Part shown: in pieces, positions 1-8,979 of the stretch
Layout: every line of letters starts with the position of its first letter
How positions within the stretch are numbered: position 1 is the stretch's first letter
Source: a virus
Taxonomy: Duplodnaviria > Caudoviricetes
DNA: 64,000 bases
Virus record (IMG/VR): IMGVR_UViG_3300046463_000579
Location: 943-64,942 of that record
Strand: one strand, 5' to 3'
Made by a program: the position numbers and the translations under genes
The notes under the pieces: generated by a model
The model's database searches: none
Told to the model about the DNA's origin: nothing
Seen by the model: the letters and a program-made list of their open reading frames with translations, nothing else

Positions 1-148
1 TGAACGCTGCATTGAAGTGCTCAACTTCACGGCGCAGGCGCGCGGCTTGGCGCTGCGGGCTTTCTTTCGGTTCCGGCATGTTTTCCTCTAAAGACGATTG
101 AGAATCATTCACAGCGCCACCCTATTCCAGCAGCGGCGCCATCGCCAC

Positions 149-559
149 CTAAGCGGCTTGCACAGGGGGGAGAGCACCCGCTTCGAGAGCGCCCTTCACG
201 GTGGCGCACAGAAGCTCGCGATACTTGCGCAGAGCCCGGGCGTACGTGTTGGTGCCGTTCAGGGGGTAGGCCTCGAGTGTTTCGAGCTCGCCATTGCAGG
301 CGTGGGCGTAGAGCGCATCGGCGTGCTTCTGGTAGCTGGCGTTCGCCTTCGACTTGAATACGAGCGGGGGAGGGGCTTCGCCCTTCGACACTGCGGCCTT
401 AGCCTGCTCGAGCATCGTGCCTTTGCGCTGCGTGGGGGTGGTGGTGGGTTGGTGGGCTTTGGCGTGCGCCATGATGGACGCGACCACTGCATCGGTGAGC
501 CCAAAGAGCGCGTCATGCGCCCCATTTGCAGAAACATTGCCGTACACTTGCGTTTGCAT
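149..559 (-). CDS. Hypothetical early protein; stand-alone copy of the helical repeat domain of the 14673-18533 protein
   Basis: ORF 149..652, likely ATG at 559 after a GAGGGAG RBS. Segment PPPLVFKSKANASYQKHADALYAHACNGE...GTNTYARALRKYRELL resembles repeats in the polyvalent protein. Confidence 0.6.
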   Translation of the reverse strand: MQTQVYGNVSANGAHDALFGLTDAVVASIMAHAKAHQPTTTPTQRKGTMLEQAKAAVSKGEAPPPLVFKSKANASYQKHADALYAHACNGELETLEAYPLNGTNTYARALRKYRELLCATVKGALEAGALPPVQAA

Positions 560-610
560 CACGTTTTCTCCCTCTTCACATGCCGCCCACACATCGGGGC
601 GAGTGCCTAG

Positions 611-665
611 ACTATGGCGCATAGCGCGCCTATCGTCAACACCTTTTATCACGAGAGTAATAAAA
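611..665. promoter_or_regulatory. Divergent control region: leftward sigma70-like promoter with box A in the spacer and adjacent box B palindrome
   Basis: Minus strand TTGACG-17nt-CATAGT; GGCGCATAGCGCGC at 616-629; TTTTATCAC-GAGA-GTAATAAAA at 644-665. Confidence 0.6.
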
Positions 666-667
666 GC

Positions 668-1336
668 ATGGCTGCTAAAAAGCAGTCGATCCCGCTATCT
701 GCCGGGTCGAGAAGCCGTGCGCCATCCACGCGCGCACGTAGTGAAAAACTGACACCTGTAAAAAGCGCTGCTGCACCGACTTCAAAACCGGCTGCAAAGC
801 GCACTTCAAAAGCTGCTGCGAAGAAGCCCGCCGCTTCAAAACGCGCTGCTTCAAAAACGCTCGAGCCGCGTGAGTCGATCTCGCCGGTGATGCGTGAGAG
901 CCGCAAGCGCTACATGCCGTCTGCCGGCGATCGCGTGCTCGTGTCGCTCGCCAAGGCCTGCGGCTACACCGACGAGCAGATCCGCTTCTGCGTGAACGCG
1001 CCTTACGGCCTCGCGCTGAACACGATGAAAAAACACTTCGCCGACGAGCTCGAGCACGGCGCGGATCTCGTGAACCTGAAGGTCGCGGGCAATCTGCTGC
1101 GCATCGCTACGAGCGGTGGTGAGAAAGCGGCGGTTACTGCGGGCATCTTTTGGGCCAAGACGCGCATGGGCTTTAGCGAGAAGAGCGCGGGCCTGAGTGC
1201 CACGATCGAGATGGGCGGGGCCAAGCAGAGCGCCGACGAGAAGGATCCGGAAACGGGCCTGCCGAAGGATGCGCCTATCCGCTTCACGCTCACGATGGGC
1301 GATGCCCCGGGCAAGCCTTCGGAGGACGGCAAATGA
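668..1336 (+). CDS. terS: Terminase small subunit
   Basis: TMKKHFADELEHG...NLKVAGNLLRIATSG...AGIFWAKTRMG is typical of TerS; K/A-rich N-terminal extension; upstream of TerL. Confidence 0.75.
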   Translation: MAAKKQSIPLSAGSRSRAPSTRARSEKLTPVKSAAAPTSKPAAKRTSKAAAKKPAASKRAASKTLEPRESISPVMRESRKRYMPSAGDRVLVSLAKACGYTDEQIRFCVNAPYGLALNTMKKHFADELEHGADLVNLKVAGNLLRIATSGGEKAAVTAGIFWAKTRMGFSEKSAGLSATIEMGGAKQSADEKDPETGLPKDAPIRFTLTMGDAPGKPSEDGK

Positions 1337-1794
1337 GCCGCCTCGACCTGGACACCGCGGCCGTGATCGTCGCCGCACCCGACAGCGAGTGTATGGAGCT
1401 GCGCGTCTCTGCCGATCTCGCGTGCGAGCTGGGCGAGCTGGCGCGCAAGCAGGGCACCTCGCTCGCCAAGGTGCTCGAGGCGCACAAGTGCGTGCTCGTG
1501 GTAACGGACGCGTCGGCTGTTGAGCGCCTCGCCTCACTGGCTCACGAGGCCCGCCTCTCGATGCCTCACCTGCGCTCCCAGCTCGCCGAAGACGTGGTCT
1601 TTCTGAGCCCGGGCGATCGCCTCGAGCTCGAGCCGCTCGACCTCGACGAGCTACGCATTCAGCCCATGCTCGTGCGGCAGCTCGACGAGATCGAGCCCGA
1701 ACACTACGAGGACCGCCGGCCGCGCTGCGCCAAGTGCAAGCGCGTCGTGAGCAGCGGACGCCGGCACTGCTTTCCCTGCGCTCTGAGGCGGTGA
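1333..1794 (+). CDS. Hypothetical protein with C-terminal CxxC...CxxC zinc ribbon
   Basis: ATGA overlap with terS; CAKC...CFPC. Confidence 0.55.
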   Translation: MSRLDLDTAAVIVAAPDSECMELRVSADLACELGELARKQGTSLAKVLEAHKCVLVVTDASAVERLASLAHEARLSMPHLRSQLAEDVVFLSPGDRLELEPLDLDELRIQPMLVRQLDEIEPEHYEDRRPRCAKCKRVVSSGRRHCFPCALRR

Positions 1795-2605
1795 TGACGC
1801 GCATCCGAACCCGCCTCTCACTCGTGGCCGCTATGGCGTTCGCCTCGAGCTCGAGCGTCTCGCTCTACGGCTATCCCACGATCCCCCAGCCGCCCACGAA
1901 GAGCCGCGAGCGTCACTGCTCGAGCTGCCGCGTGGGGATTCTCACCGGCCGTCTGTGCCAATCCTGCCAACGAAGAGGAAAACGATGAACGTCCAAATGA
2001 TCGGCGGCTGCTCTGTTTGCGGCGATCCAGCGCCTCACTCGCACACGGCCGAAGAAATCATGCGCTCGACGCAGATCCCCGCACAGAAGCCGGAAGAGGG
2101 CGCCGCACAGCCCGCACAAGGGGATGCGCAATGAACGTCCGCACGCCACTGCCGGCCGCGCTCGAGCGCCTGCTCGAGCCGGCACAGCCTGCCCCGCGCA
2201 TCACCGCGGGCTTCAACGCTTACGCCGCGCTCGGCATCGATATCGACCGCGCCAAGGCCGCGACGATCGCGCTGGTGCCGATGGGGGAGGGCGACGAATG
2301 AAACGGATCCTCTGCTGCTGCTGCATCGCCGTGTGCGTGCTCGCGCGCGCGCTGCTGTGGCCATCGCGTGATGGCCACATGCTCTCGCTGCTGCTCGCCG
2401 GCCTGATCGCGCTCGCGTTCCTGCTCGCGTGGCTGCTCACCTCGCTCGAGCAATCGATGCGCGCGCTGATGAAGAGCTACGAGGACGGCGAACTATGAGC
2501 GGCCTGACGATGTACACGCTCGCGGTGCGCCTCGGCTTCATGGTGTGGGCGTCGTGGTGCCTGCCGCCGGCGGCGAAGAAGCCGCAACCGAAGGCCGAAG
2601 AGTAG
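1794..2605 (+). CDS. Run of small translationally coupled hypothetical genes (1794-1988, 1985-2134, 2131-2301, 2298-2498, 2495-2605)
   Basis: Successive TGATG/ATGA overlaps; two carry Cys motifs, two are hydrophobic. Confidence 0.45.
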
Positions 2606-2614
2606 GGCGCACGC

Positions 2615-3913
2615 GTGATGCACCGAAGCATCGAATTCGTCCGCCCGTGGCTGTACAAAAAGCAGCTTCAGGCGATCTTCGAGCCGAAGGATCTGCACGG
2701 CAATCCCGCGCGCTACTCGATGATCGAGGCCAGCACGAAGGCCGGCAAGACGCACGGCTGTATCTGCTGGATCTTCGAGCAGGCCGCTGTCTACGGGGCG
2801 CCAGGTCGAAACTATTGGTGGGTCGCGCCCGTGTACGGGCAGGCCCGCATCGCGTTTCGACGCATGAAGCGCGCGGTGCCGCGTCCGCTCTACAAGGCCA
2901 ACGAGACAGAGCTCACGATCGAGCTGCTCAACGGCGCGATTATCACGTTCAAATCGGCAGAGAAGCCCGACAACCTGTACGGCGATGACGTGCACGCGGC
3001 CGTGCTCGACGAGGCGAGCCGGATGCGTGAGGACGCATGGTTTGCGATCCGCTCGACGCTCACGGCCACGAACGGCCCGATCCGCGCGATCGGCAACGTG
3101 AAGGGCCAAAAGAACTGGTTTTTCAAAATGTCCCGCATGGCGCAAGCGGGTGAGAAGAACATGGCGCACTACAAGATGACGGCGTATGACGCGGTCGAAG
3201 GTGGCGTGCTCAAGCTCGAGGAAATCGAGGACGCGAAGCGCCTGCTGCCTGAGAACGTGTTTCGCGAGCTCTACCTCGCAGAGCCGTCCGATGATGGCGG
3301 CAACCCGTTCGGCATGCAGCACATCGCCAAGTGCGTCGGCCCGCTCTCTGACGAGCGCATGGTCGCGGCGGGGCAAGACTTGGCGAAATCCTACGACTGG
3401 TCGGTGCTCACCGGCCTCGACCGGCAGCAGCGCGTGTGCGGCTTCGATCGCTGGCAAACGAGCTGGGAAGAGACGGAGAAGAAGATCCTCGCGATTGTGG
3501 GCCACACGCCCACGCTGGTAGACTCCACCGGCGTCGGCGATCCCATCGTCGAACGCCTTCAGAAATCCCGCCCCTCGTCGATCTCCGGCTATCAGTTTTC
3601 CACGGCAAGCAAGCAACGCCTCATGGAAGGCCTCGTCGTGGCGATTCAGAGCCACGCCGTCACCTTCCCCGATGGCCCCATCAAAGCAGAGCTCGAAAAC
3701 TTCGAGTACGAATACACCCGCACCGGCGTGCGCTATACGGCACCGCCCGGGTTTCACGATGACTGCGTGATGAGCTTGGCCCTCGCTGTGGAGCAATACA
3801 GACGCATTTCCCCCGCCATGTTCGGAGCGGGCGATACGCCGGATCTGCCGCGCGTCTCGCCGTTCCTCTCGGACATGGGCCACGAATACGACGAGGAAGC
3901 AATCTATGACTAA
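2615..3913 (+). CDS. terL: Terminase large subunit
   Basis: Walker A-like STKAGKT, WWVAPVYGQA, Walker B AVLDEA, nuclease GQDLAKSYD and HDDCVMSLALA. Confidence 0.93.
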   Translation: MMHRSIEFVRPWLYKKQLQAIFEPKDLHGNPARYSMIEASTKAGKTHGCICWIFEQAAVYGAPGRNYWWVAPVYGQARIAFRRMKRAVPRPLYKANETELTIELLNGAIITFKSAEKPDNLYGDDVHAAVLDEASRMREDAWFAIRSTLTATNGPIRAIGNVKGQKNWFFKMSRMAQAGEKNMAHYKMTAYDAVEGGVLKLEEIEDAKRLLPENVFRELYLAEPSDDGGNPFGMQHIAKCVGPLSDERMVAAGQDLAKSYDWSVLTGLDRQQRVCGFDRWQTSWEETEKKILAIVGHTPTLVDSTGVGDPIVERLQKSRPSSISGYQFSTASKQRLMEGLVVAIQSHAVTFPDGPIKAELENFEYEYTRTGVRYTAPPGFHDDCVMSLALAVEQYRRISPAMFGAGDTPDLPRVSPFLSDMGHEYDEEAIYD

Positions 3914-5567
3914 GGCGGCAGCAACGAAGGCACCGCGCGCGCCGCGCACGAAGGGCAGCTCGAGCTCGAGCGTGGCCGACAAGGCGGCGGTCGCGCTCGC
4001 GCTCGGCAACACGAGCGGCGCGGAGATCGATCCGGACGTGCACGCGGTCGAATACGATCCTGGCATCATTGGCTCGACGGGCCTCAAGCAATACGGCGGG
4101 TTCGTCGTTGAAGAATTCGTCAAGGAGCTCAAGGGCGTCCGCGGCTCGAATACCTTCAAGGAGATGGCCGATAACGACCCGGTCTGCGGCGCGGTGCTGT
4201 TCGCGATCGAGATGCTGATCCGGCAAACGAAATTCGAGGTGCAATCGGCCGACGAGAGCACCGCGGCCGAAGCCGATAAGGAATTCGTCGAAGAGATCCT
4301 GACGGATATGAGCGCGTCCTTTGCCGATGTGCTCACCGAGATTGTCTCGATGTTCACCTACGGCTATGCGCCGATGGAAATACTGTGGAAGAAGCGCGGC
4401 GGCCCGGATCAGACGGATCCCTCGCAGCGCAGCCAGTACAGCGACGGCAAGATCGGCATTCGCAATATCGCCTTGCGCGCGCAGACCTCGATCGTGCGCT
4501 GGGCGTTCGATCCGGAAGACGGCGGCCTGCTTGGCGTGTGGCAGCAGCCGATCGCCGGCCCGCAGGTGTTCATCCCGATCACGAAGCTGCTGCTCTTTCG
4601 CACGCGCAACGAGCGCAACAACCCGGAAGGGCGCTCGATCCTGAGAAACGCTTACCGTCCGTGGTTTTTCAAAAAGCGTATCGAAGAGATCGAGGGCATC
4701 GGCATCGAGCGCGATCTCGCGGGCCTGCCGGTGGCGGCGATTCCGTCTCAATACCTCGATGTGAACGCGGACGCCCAGCAGAAGGCGATCGGCGCGGCAT
4801 GGAAGCGGCTCGTGACGAACGTGCGGCGCGACCGGCAAGAGGGCATCCTGATCCCAAGCGATCGCGATCAGCACGGCAACCCGCTGTTTGATTTCAAGCT
4901 GCTCGCCTCGGGCGGCTCGCGCTCGATCGATACCACGAAGATCGTCGACCGCTACGACAACCGGATCACGGCCACCGTGCTCGCTGACTTCATCATGCTC
5001 GGCGCCGGCGGCCGGGGCGGCTCGCACGCGCTCTCGGCGGACAAGACCGATATTTTCGTGACGGCGATCGAGGCGTTTCTCGATACGATCTGCGACACCT
5101 TCAATCGGCACCTCTTCCCGCGGCTGTGGAAGCTCAACGGCAAGAGCGTCGAGACCATGCCCGTGATGAAGCACGGCGATATCGAGCGCAAGGATCTCGC
5201 GGGCCTCGCCTCGCTGCTCACCGCACTGTCGGGCGCCGGCGCCACGCTCTTCCCGGATGCCGATCTCGAGAACCATATCCGCGAAGAGGCGGGCCTGCCG
5301 CCGGCGGCAGAGGACGGCGAAGGGTGGGGCGCACCGGATCCGCAGGAAGCGGCCAACGCGGCGGCCGTCGCCGCGACCGGCGTCGCGAACCCGCAGCCAG
5401 GTCAACCGGGCGGCACGCCGGGGGCGAAACCCGGGGCGATTCCTCAGAAAAATCCGGCCGCTCAGAACGGCGCAGGCGCCGCTCGAGCAGCTCAGTCCGA
5501 TACAAACCCTGCGCCGAAGGCCGCGAAGCCCGCCACGGCGCCAAAATCCAATCCGGGGGCAAAATGA
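3906..5567 (+). CDS. Portal protein (DUF935/Mu gp29-like)
   Basis: NNPEGRSILRNAYRPWFFKK...EGIGIERDLAGLP signature; follows terL. Confidence 0.9.
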   Translation: MTKAAATKAPRAPRTKGSSSSSVADKAAVALALGNTSGAEIDPDVHAVEYDPGIIGSTGLKQYGGFVVEEFVKELKGVRGSNTFKEMADNDPVCGAVLFAIEMLIRQTKFEVQSADESTAAEADKEFVEEILTDMSASFADVLTEIVSMFTYGYAPMEILWKKRGGPDQTDPSQRSQYSDGKIGIRNIALRAQTSIVRWAFDPEDGGLLGVWQQPIAGPQVFIPITKLLLFRTRNERNNPEGRSILRNAYRPWFFKKRIEEIEGIGIERDLAGLPVAAIPSQYLDVNADAQQKAIGAAWKRLVTNVRRDRQEGILIPSDRDQHGNPLFDFKLLASGGSRSIDTTKIVDRYDNRITATVLADFIMLGAGGRGGSHALSADKTDIFVTAIEAFLDTICDTFNRHLFPRLWKLNGKSVETMPVMKHGDIERKDLAGLASLLTALSGAGATLFPDADLENHIREEAGLPPAAEDGEGWGAPDPQEAANAAAVAATGVANPQPGQPGGTPGAKPGAIPQKNPAAQNGAGAARAAQSDTNPAPKAAKPATAPKSNPGAK

Positions 5568-5866
5568 AGCGGTTTTATCTGCGCGCGGGCTCGTTTGAAG
5601 AGCTCCGCGATGGCCTGATCATGGCCGGCGTGCTGCAAGAGCTCGGCGGCGGGCACGTGATGCCGACCGGGCACGTGTGGATCATGATGCTCGGCACGAT
5701 CTTTTCGAAACCTGCAAAGAACGACGAGGGCGAGGTGATCGAGCCGGTGGCGCTCGCCGGGTATCACGCGAATCTCACCGTGTTCGACGGTTTCAAGGGC
5801 GATGTGAGCGTGCTCGAGCCGTTCGTGATCGAGGCGCCGACCGACCCGTACATGCCGCACGGTTGA
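5564..5866 (+). CDS. Hypothetical phage protein
   Basis: ATGA overlap with portal; MKRFYLR...GYHANL...LEPFVIEAPTDP. Confidence 0.6.
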   Translation: MKRFYLRAGSFEELRDGLIMAGVLQELGGGHVMPTGHVWIMMLGTIFSKPAKNDEGEVIEPVALAGYHANLTVFDGFKGDVSVLEPFVIEAPTDPYMPHG

Positions 5867-5963
5867 TCGCCACCTGATCGCAGCTCGATATCAGGTTTCC
5901 ATAATCGCAATGAGTTGCTATAGTCGCACCCGCCGGTGCCACCGCACCGGATTCGGCGCGAAC

Positions 5964-6008
5964 AAGGGCCCGCACGCTTCCCCTCGGGGCGTGCGGGCCT
6001 TGCCTTTT
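5964..6008 (+). terminator. Rho-independent terminator
   Basis: GGCCCGCACGC...GCGTGCGGGCC stem followed by TTGCCTTTT. Confidence 0.7.
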
Positions 6009-6089
6009 GTGGCGCGCGCTGGCAAGCTGGGTGTGAAGCCGTTAGAGCCTGAGAGGACCGCCCCATAAGGGTTTGGGGGCGATCGGCAA

Positions 6090-6117
6090 AAGTTCGTTAA
6101 CTATCATTACGTCAAAT
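6090..6117 (+). other. dif-like XerC/XerD recombination site
   Basis: AAGTTCGTTAA-CTATCA-TTACGTCAAAT has the 11-6-11 layout; right arm differs by 2 nt from the E. coli XerD arm TTATGTTAAAT. Confidence 0.6.
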
Positions 6118-6335
6118 TCGGCAGCCGCTTAATAAAAGCGCGAAGCCAATCAAATCAAGGGCTTGGCGCATCACGCGCCTTTTTACAATCGCACCCTTGC
6201 GCATCCCGTAACAATCCCGCCCGCACTGCCCCGCCCCGTGTACGCCTTACAACGTGCGAAAGAGCGCGCCATGCGCTAGTCTGTGCGTGCGCGCCCGGTG
6301 CGCGCCTACAATCAACCAAAAGAAAGGACAGGACG

Positions 6336-6614
6336 GTGCAAATGGCTACGATGATCAACACCCATCGGCTAATCAAGCGACTCACGAGCGAGGGGGAAAT
6401 GAGCGAGCAGGCCGCGGAGGCCGTTTCCGAAGCGATCAATGAGGCGCTCTCGGATTCGGTCGCCACGAAGGCCGATATCACGGCCGTGCGCGGCGATGTG
6501 GCGCTGCTGAAGCAGCAGATCGATACGGTTGAAACGCGCCTTTCGAACAGGCTGTACGTGGTCGGCTTTAGCGTGGTGCTGGCGCTGGGCGTCATTCAAC
6601 ATTTCTTGAAGTGA
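6336..6614 (+). CDS. DUF1640/CCDC90-like coiled-coil membrane-anchored protein
   Basis: INTHRLIKRL...SEQAAEAV...VATKADI, coiled coil, C-terminal TM helix. Confidence 0.75.
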   Translation: MQMATMINTHRLIKRLTSEGEMSEQAAEAVSEAINEALSDSVATKADITAVRGDVALLKQQIDTVETRLSNRLYVVGFSVVLALGVIQHFLK

Positions 6615-6925
6615 GGCCCGCGATGCCGGTCATTTACACGGAATTCGATAACGGCTTGGTACTCGCCACCACTGACACGAGCGGCAAGCGCGCGATTCCC
6701 GGCAGCGTGTTCCGCTTCGGCGGTGCGGGCCGCACGGGCGAAGGCTGGACGCCCGTCGAGATCTACCAGCGCGGCGGCGTGAGCGCCACAACGAGCCTGC
6801 GCATGCCAGAAGGCGAGGTGCGCGCGTTCCTCACCGGGCTCGGCTTAATCGAGGCGGGCGGCATTACAGCGGAATTCCCGCTTAAAGAGATCGCGGATCG
6901 CATCGCGCCGGCCGGGGGCGCGTGA
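6611..6925 (+). CDS. Hypothetical protein
   Basis: Coupled ORF (GTGA overlap). Confidence 0.5.
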   Translation: MRPAMPVIYTEFDNGLVLATTDTSGKRAIPGSVFRFGGAGRTGEGWTPVEIYQRGGVSATTSLRMPEGEVRAFLTGLGLIEAGGITAEFPLKEIADRIAPAGGA

Positions 6926-7203
6926 CGCAAAGGCCAGAGCCTACGCAGGCCGAATACATCGAGCACATGCGAAAGCTCGCAGACGAGCTGCGCTTTCGCA
7001 TCACCGACGCCAACAAATACCCGCACGATTCGAAGCAGCGCCGCGCCTGCATCGGCACCGCCTATAACGTGCTGCAAGGCACGCTGCGCATATGGGCGGT
7101 TCACCCGCAAGACGAGCGTTACCTGCGCGCGATACTGGACGCAGAGGGGGTGCCGGCGCCCCGTGGCTGCGAGCCGCGGCCCGGGCTCGACGAGGAAGAT
7201 TGA
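6922..7203 (+). CDS. Hypothetical protein
   Basis: Coupled ORF (GTGA overlap). Confidence 0.5.
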   Translation: MTQRPEPTQAEYIEHMRKLADELRFRITDANKYPHDSKQRRACIGTAYNVLQGTLRIWAVHPQDERYLRAILDAEGVPAPRGCEPRPGLDEED

Positions 7204-7206
7204 CGC

Positions 7207-7266
7207 CTTTACACGTGGTGTAAAGCCGGGGTTATCCACAGAAACCGTGCATAACCCTGTGCACAA
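7207..7266. promoter_or_regulatory. Palindrome plus DnaA-box-like cluster
   Basis: CTTTACAC-GTG-GTGTAAAG at 7207-7225; perfect TTATCCACA at 7232-7240; degenerate boxes at about 7246-7254 and 7258-7266. Confidence 0.4.
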
Positions 7267-7296
7267 AAAAGCCCGCACGAAGCGGGCTTTTTCTTT
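7265..7296. terminator. Bidirectional terminator between convergent genes
   Basis: AAAAAAGCCCGC-ACGAA-GCGGGCTTTTT. Confidence 0.8.
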
Positions 7297-7311
7297 GGTG
7301 CTGCGTCGGCT

Positions 7312-8148
7312 TCAGCCGGCCGCGTGCTCGGCGATCAGCACGGCTTTCTGCCGGATGAACGAGACGAGCTCGGCGGGCACGTGCGCGATCGCGTTTGCCA
7401 TCTTCGCGAGCTCGGCGAGGTGCTGCTCGACGCTCGCTTCGCCGGCCGCGATCGCGCCGCGGATCATGCGCGCCTTCACCTCGACGTACTCGACGAATTC
7501 CGCGGGCGTTCCCTGCACGGCCGTGGCCTGCGTGGTGCTCACGATCGCGTCGATGTGCGCCGCGGCCGGGTGATCTCCGAGATCCGTGTCGGGCGTGGCG
7601 AGCGCTTGCAGGCGCGCATTCACGATCGGCGGCAACGACAGCGGGTTCGGCGCGGCGAACACCGGCGAGGGCACGAATTCCGGCTGCGGATCAGCGGCAG
7701 GCGGCACGGGCGCCGGCGGCGTCTCAATCACAGGCGCATGCGGCGCCGGCTCGAGTGTGGGATCGACCGCCAGGTCAGACGTGGGCGAATCCCCAGCTTG
7801 CTCGAGCTGCGCGCTCGGCAATGAGGTGAGCGAACCCGCGGCCGGCGCCGACGACGATTGTGCGAGCTGCTCGTTTTGCTGCGATTCGCTCGAGCTCGGC
7901 GACGCCAATGGGGCATCGCTCGAGGTGTTCGCCGGTGCGCCCGCAGCAGAGGCACCGGCGTCCACGTTTCCCGATTCACCTGAACCAGACAGAGCGGCCG
8001 GCGACGATTCGCTCGACGAAGCCGTGCCTTGCGTGCTCGTGCCCGCCGGCGCGGTGTTTCCCTGCGCAATGTCCTGAGTTTTCAGGGTATCGCTCGAGGT
8101 GTTCTCGATCTGTTGGCCTGCGGCCGTGTTGTCTTGCGTATCGGACAT
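7312..8148 (-). CDS. Hypothetical protein with long disordered S/A/P-rich N-terminus and helical C-terminus
   Basis: 278-aa ORF ending at the terminator. Confidence 0.6.
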   Translation of the reverse strand: MSDTQDNTAAGQQIENTSSDTLKTQDIAQGNTAPAGTSTQGTASSSESSPAALSGSGESGNVDAGASAAGAPANTSSDAPLASPSSSESQQNEQLAQSSSAPAAGSLTSLPSAQLEQAGDSPTSDLAVDPTLEPAPHAPVIETPPAPVPPAADPQPEFVPSPVFAAPNPLSLPPIVNARLQALATPDTDLGDHPAAAHIDAIVSTTQATAVQGTPAEFVEYVEVKARMIRGAIAAGEASVEQHLAELAKMANAIAHVPAELVSFIRQKAVLIAEHAAG

Positions 8149-8257
8149 TCTTCAGTGCTCCGGTGCGTAAACGAAAAACGGCCCGAACCCATAGAGGGGC
8201 GAGCCGAAGGAAGGGGTGAAGCTGGGGTGCTGCGGGTGCTGCTGTGCTGCTGTGCTG

Positions 8258-8485
8258 TTATCGACGCGGGGCGAGGATATTCAGCAGGCTCTCGGGCAGG
8301 CGCGATTCGGGCACTACCTCGAGCAATTCGATCAGGATCGACGCGTACGGGGGCACCTCGAGCGTGCCGTTCGCCCAGCGCTTCACCGTGGCGTAGTCCT
8401 TGCCGGTGATCTCGGATATGCGACGCATCCAGCCTCGCCCGCCAAGCACCGCACCCGCCCGATCGCAAAATTCTGTCGTGTTCAT
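8258..8485 (-). CDS. Small helix-turn-helix regulator (probably leaderless)
   Basis: GWMRRISEITGKDYATVKRWANG HTH; CATAAT -10 element 6 nt before the ATG. Confidence 0.65.
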   Translation of the reverse strand: MNTTEFCDRAGAVLGGRGWMRRISEITGKDYATVKRWANGTLEVPPYASILIELLEVVPESRLPESLLNILAPRR

Positions 8486-8571
8486 CCGTGCATTATGGCG
8501 CATAGCGCGCTGTTTGTGTTACGGTGGGCGCGTCATGCGCTATATTCGCCCATTCTTCAGACGAGGTGATG

Positions 8572-8979
8572 ATGAAACGATTCGCGCTGCTCGCCCTTCC
8601 CGTGCTGCTCGCCGCGTGCGCGTCGCCGCCCGGATCGATCCCCGATAGCGCGTTCGGCTGGCAGGAGATCACCGTCGCGAGCACGGCGCCGCAGGTGTTC
8701 CGGTCGGTGATGGAGCGTGATCGCCGCTGCGGCAGCTTCGCCGGCGGCTTGCCTGAAGGACAGTTCTATCCGGATCTCGCGCAGCAGCGCATCGATCTCT
8801 TCACGCCTCAGTCGTTCGGCCATGCGAGCAGCGGCATCGTGAACGGGCGCATTGATATCGCCCCTGAAGCGGCCGGCACGCGCGTGCGCGTGGGCGTGCG
8901 CAATGTGTTCGGCGGTGAGGGGCAAGCGGCCCGGTGGGCGCGCTACATCGCCGACCCCTCGCTTTCCTGCGATGCCTAA
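8572..8979 (+). CDS. Lipoprotein (moron, possible superinfection exclusion)
   Basis: MKRFALLALPVLLAA-C lipobox; GAGG RBS. Confidence 0.7.
   Translation: MKRFALLALPVLLAACASPPGSIPDSAFGWQEITVASTAPQVFRSVMERDRRCGSFAGGLPEGQFYPDLAQQRIDLFTPQSFGHASSGIVNGRIDIAPEAAGTRVRVGVRNVFGGEGQAARWARYIADPSLSCDA

Noticed and set aside
2477-5405. Long antisense ORFs (2477-4357, 3681-5405; likewise 14712-16598, 16617-18563, 29775-32201, 33005-34942, 55665-57530, 57856-59247)
   Set aside because: Shadow frames of well-supported genes on the other strand; R/A-rich and motif-free, as expected in high-GC DNA
7312-8148. Low-complexity ORF as a DNA repeat element
   Set aside because: No nucleotide-level periodicity; reads as a disordered protein region
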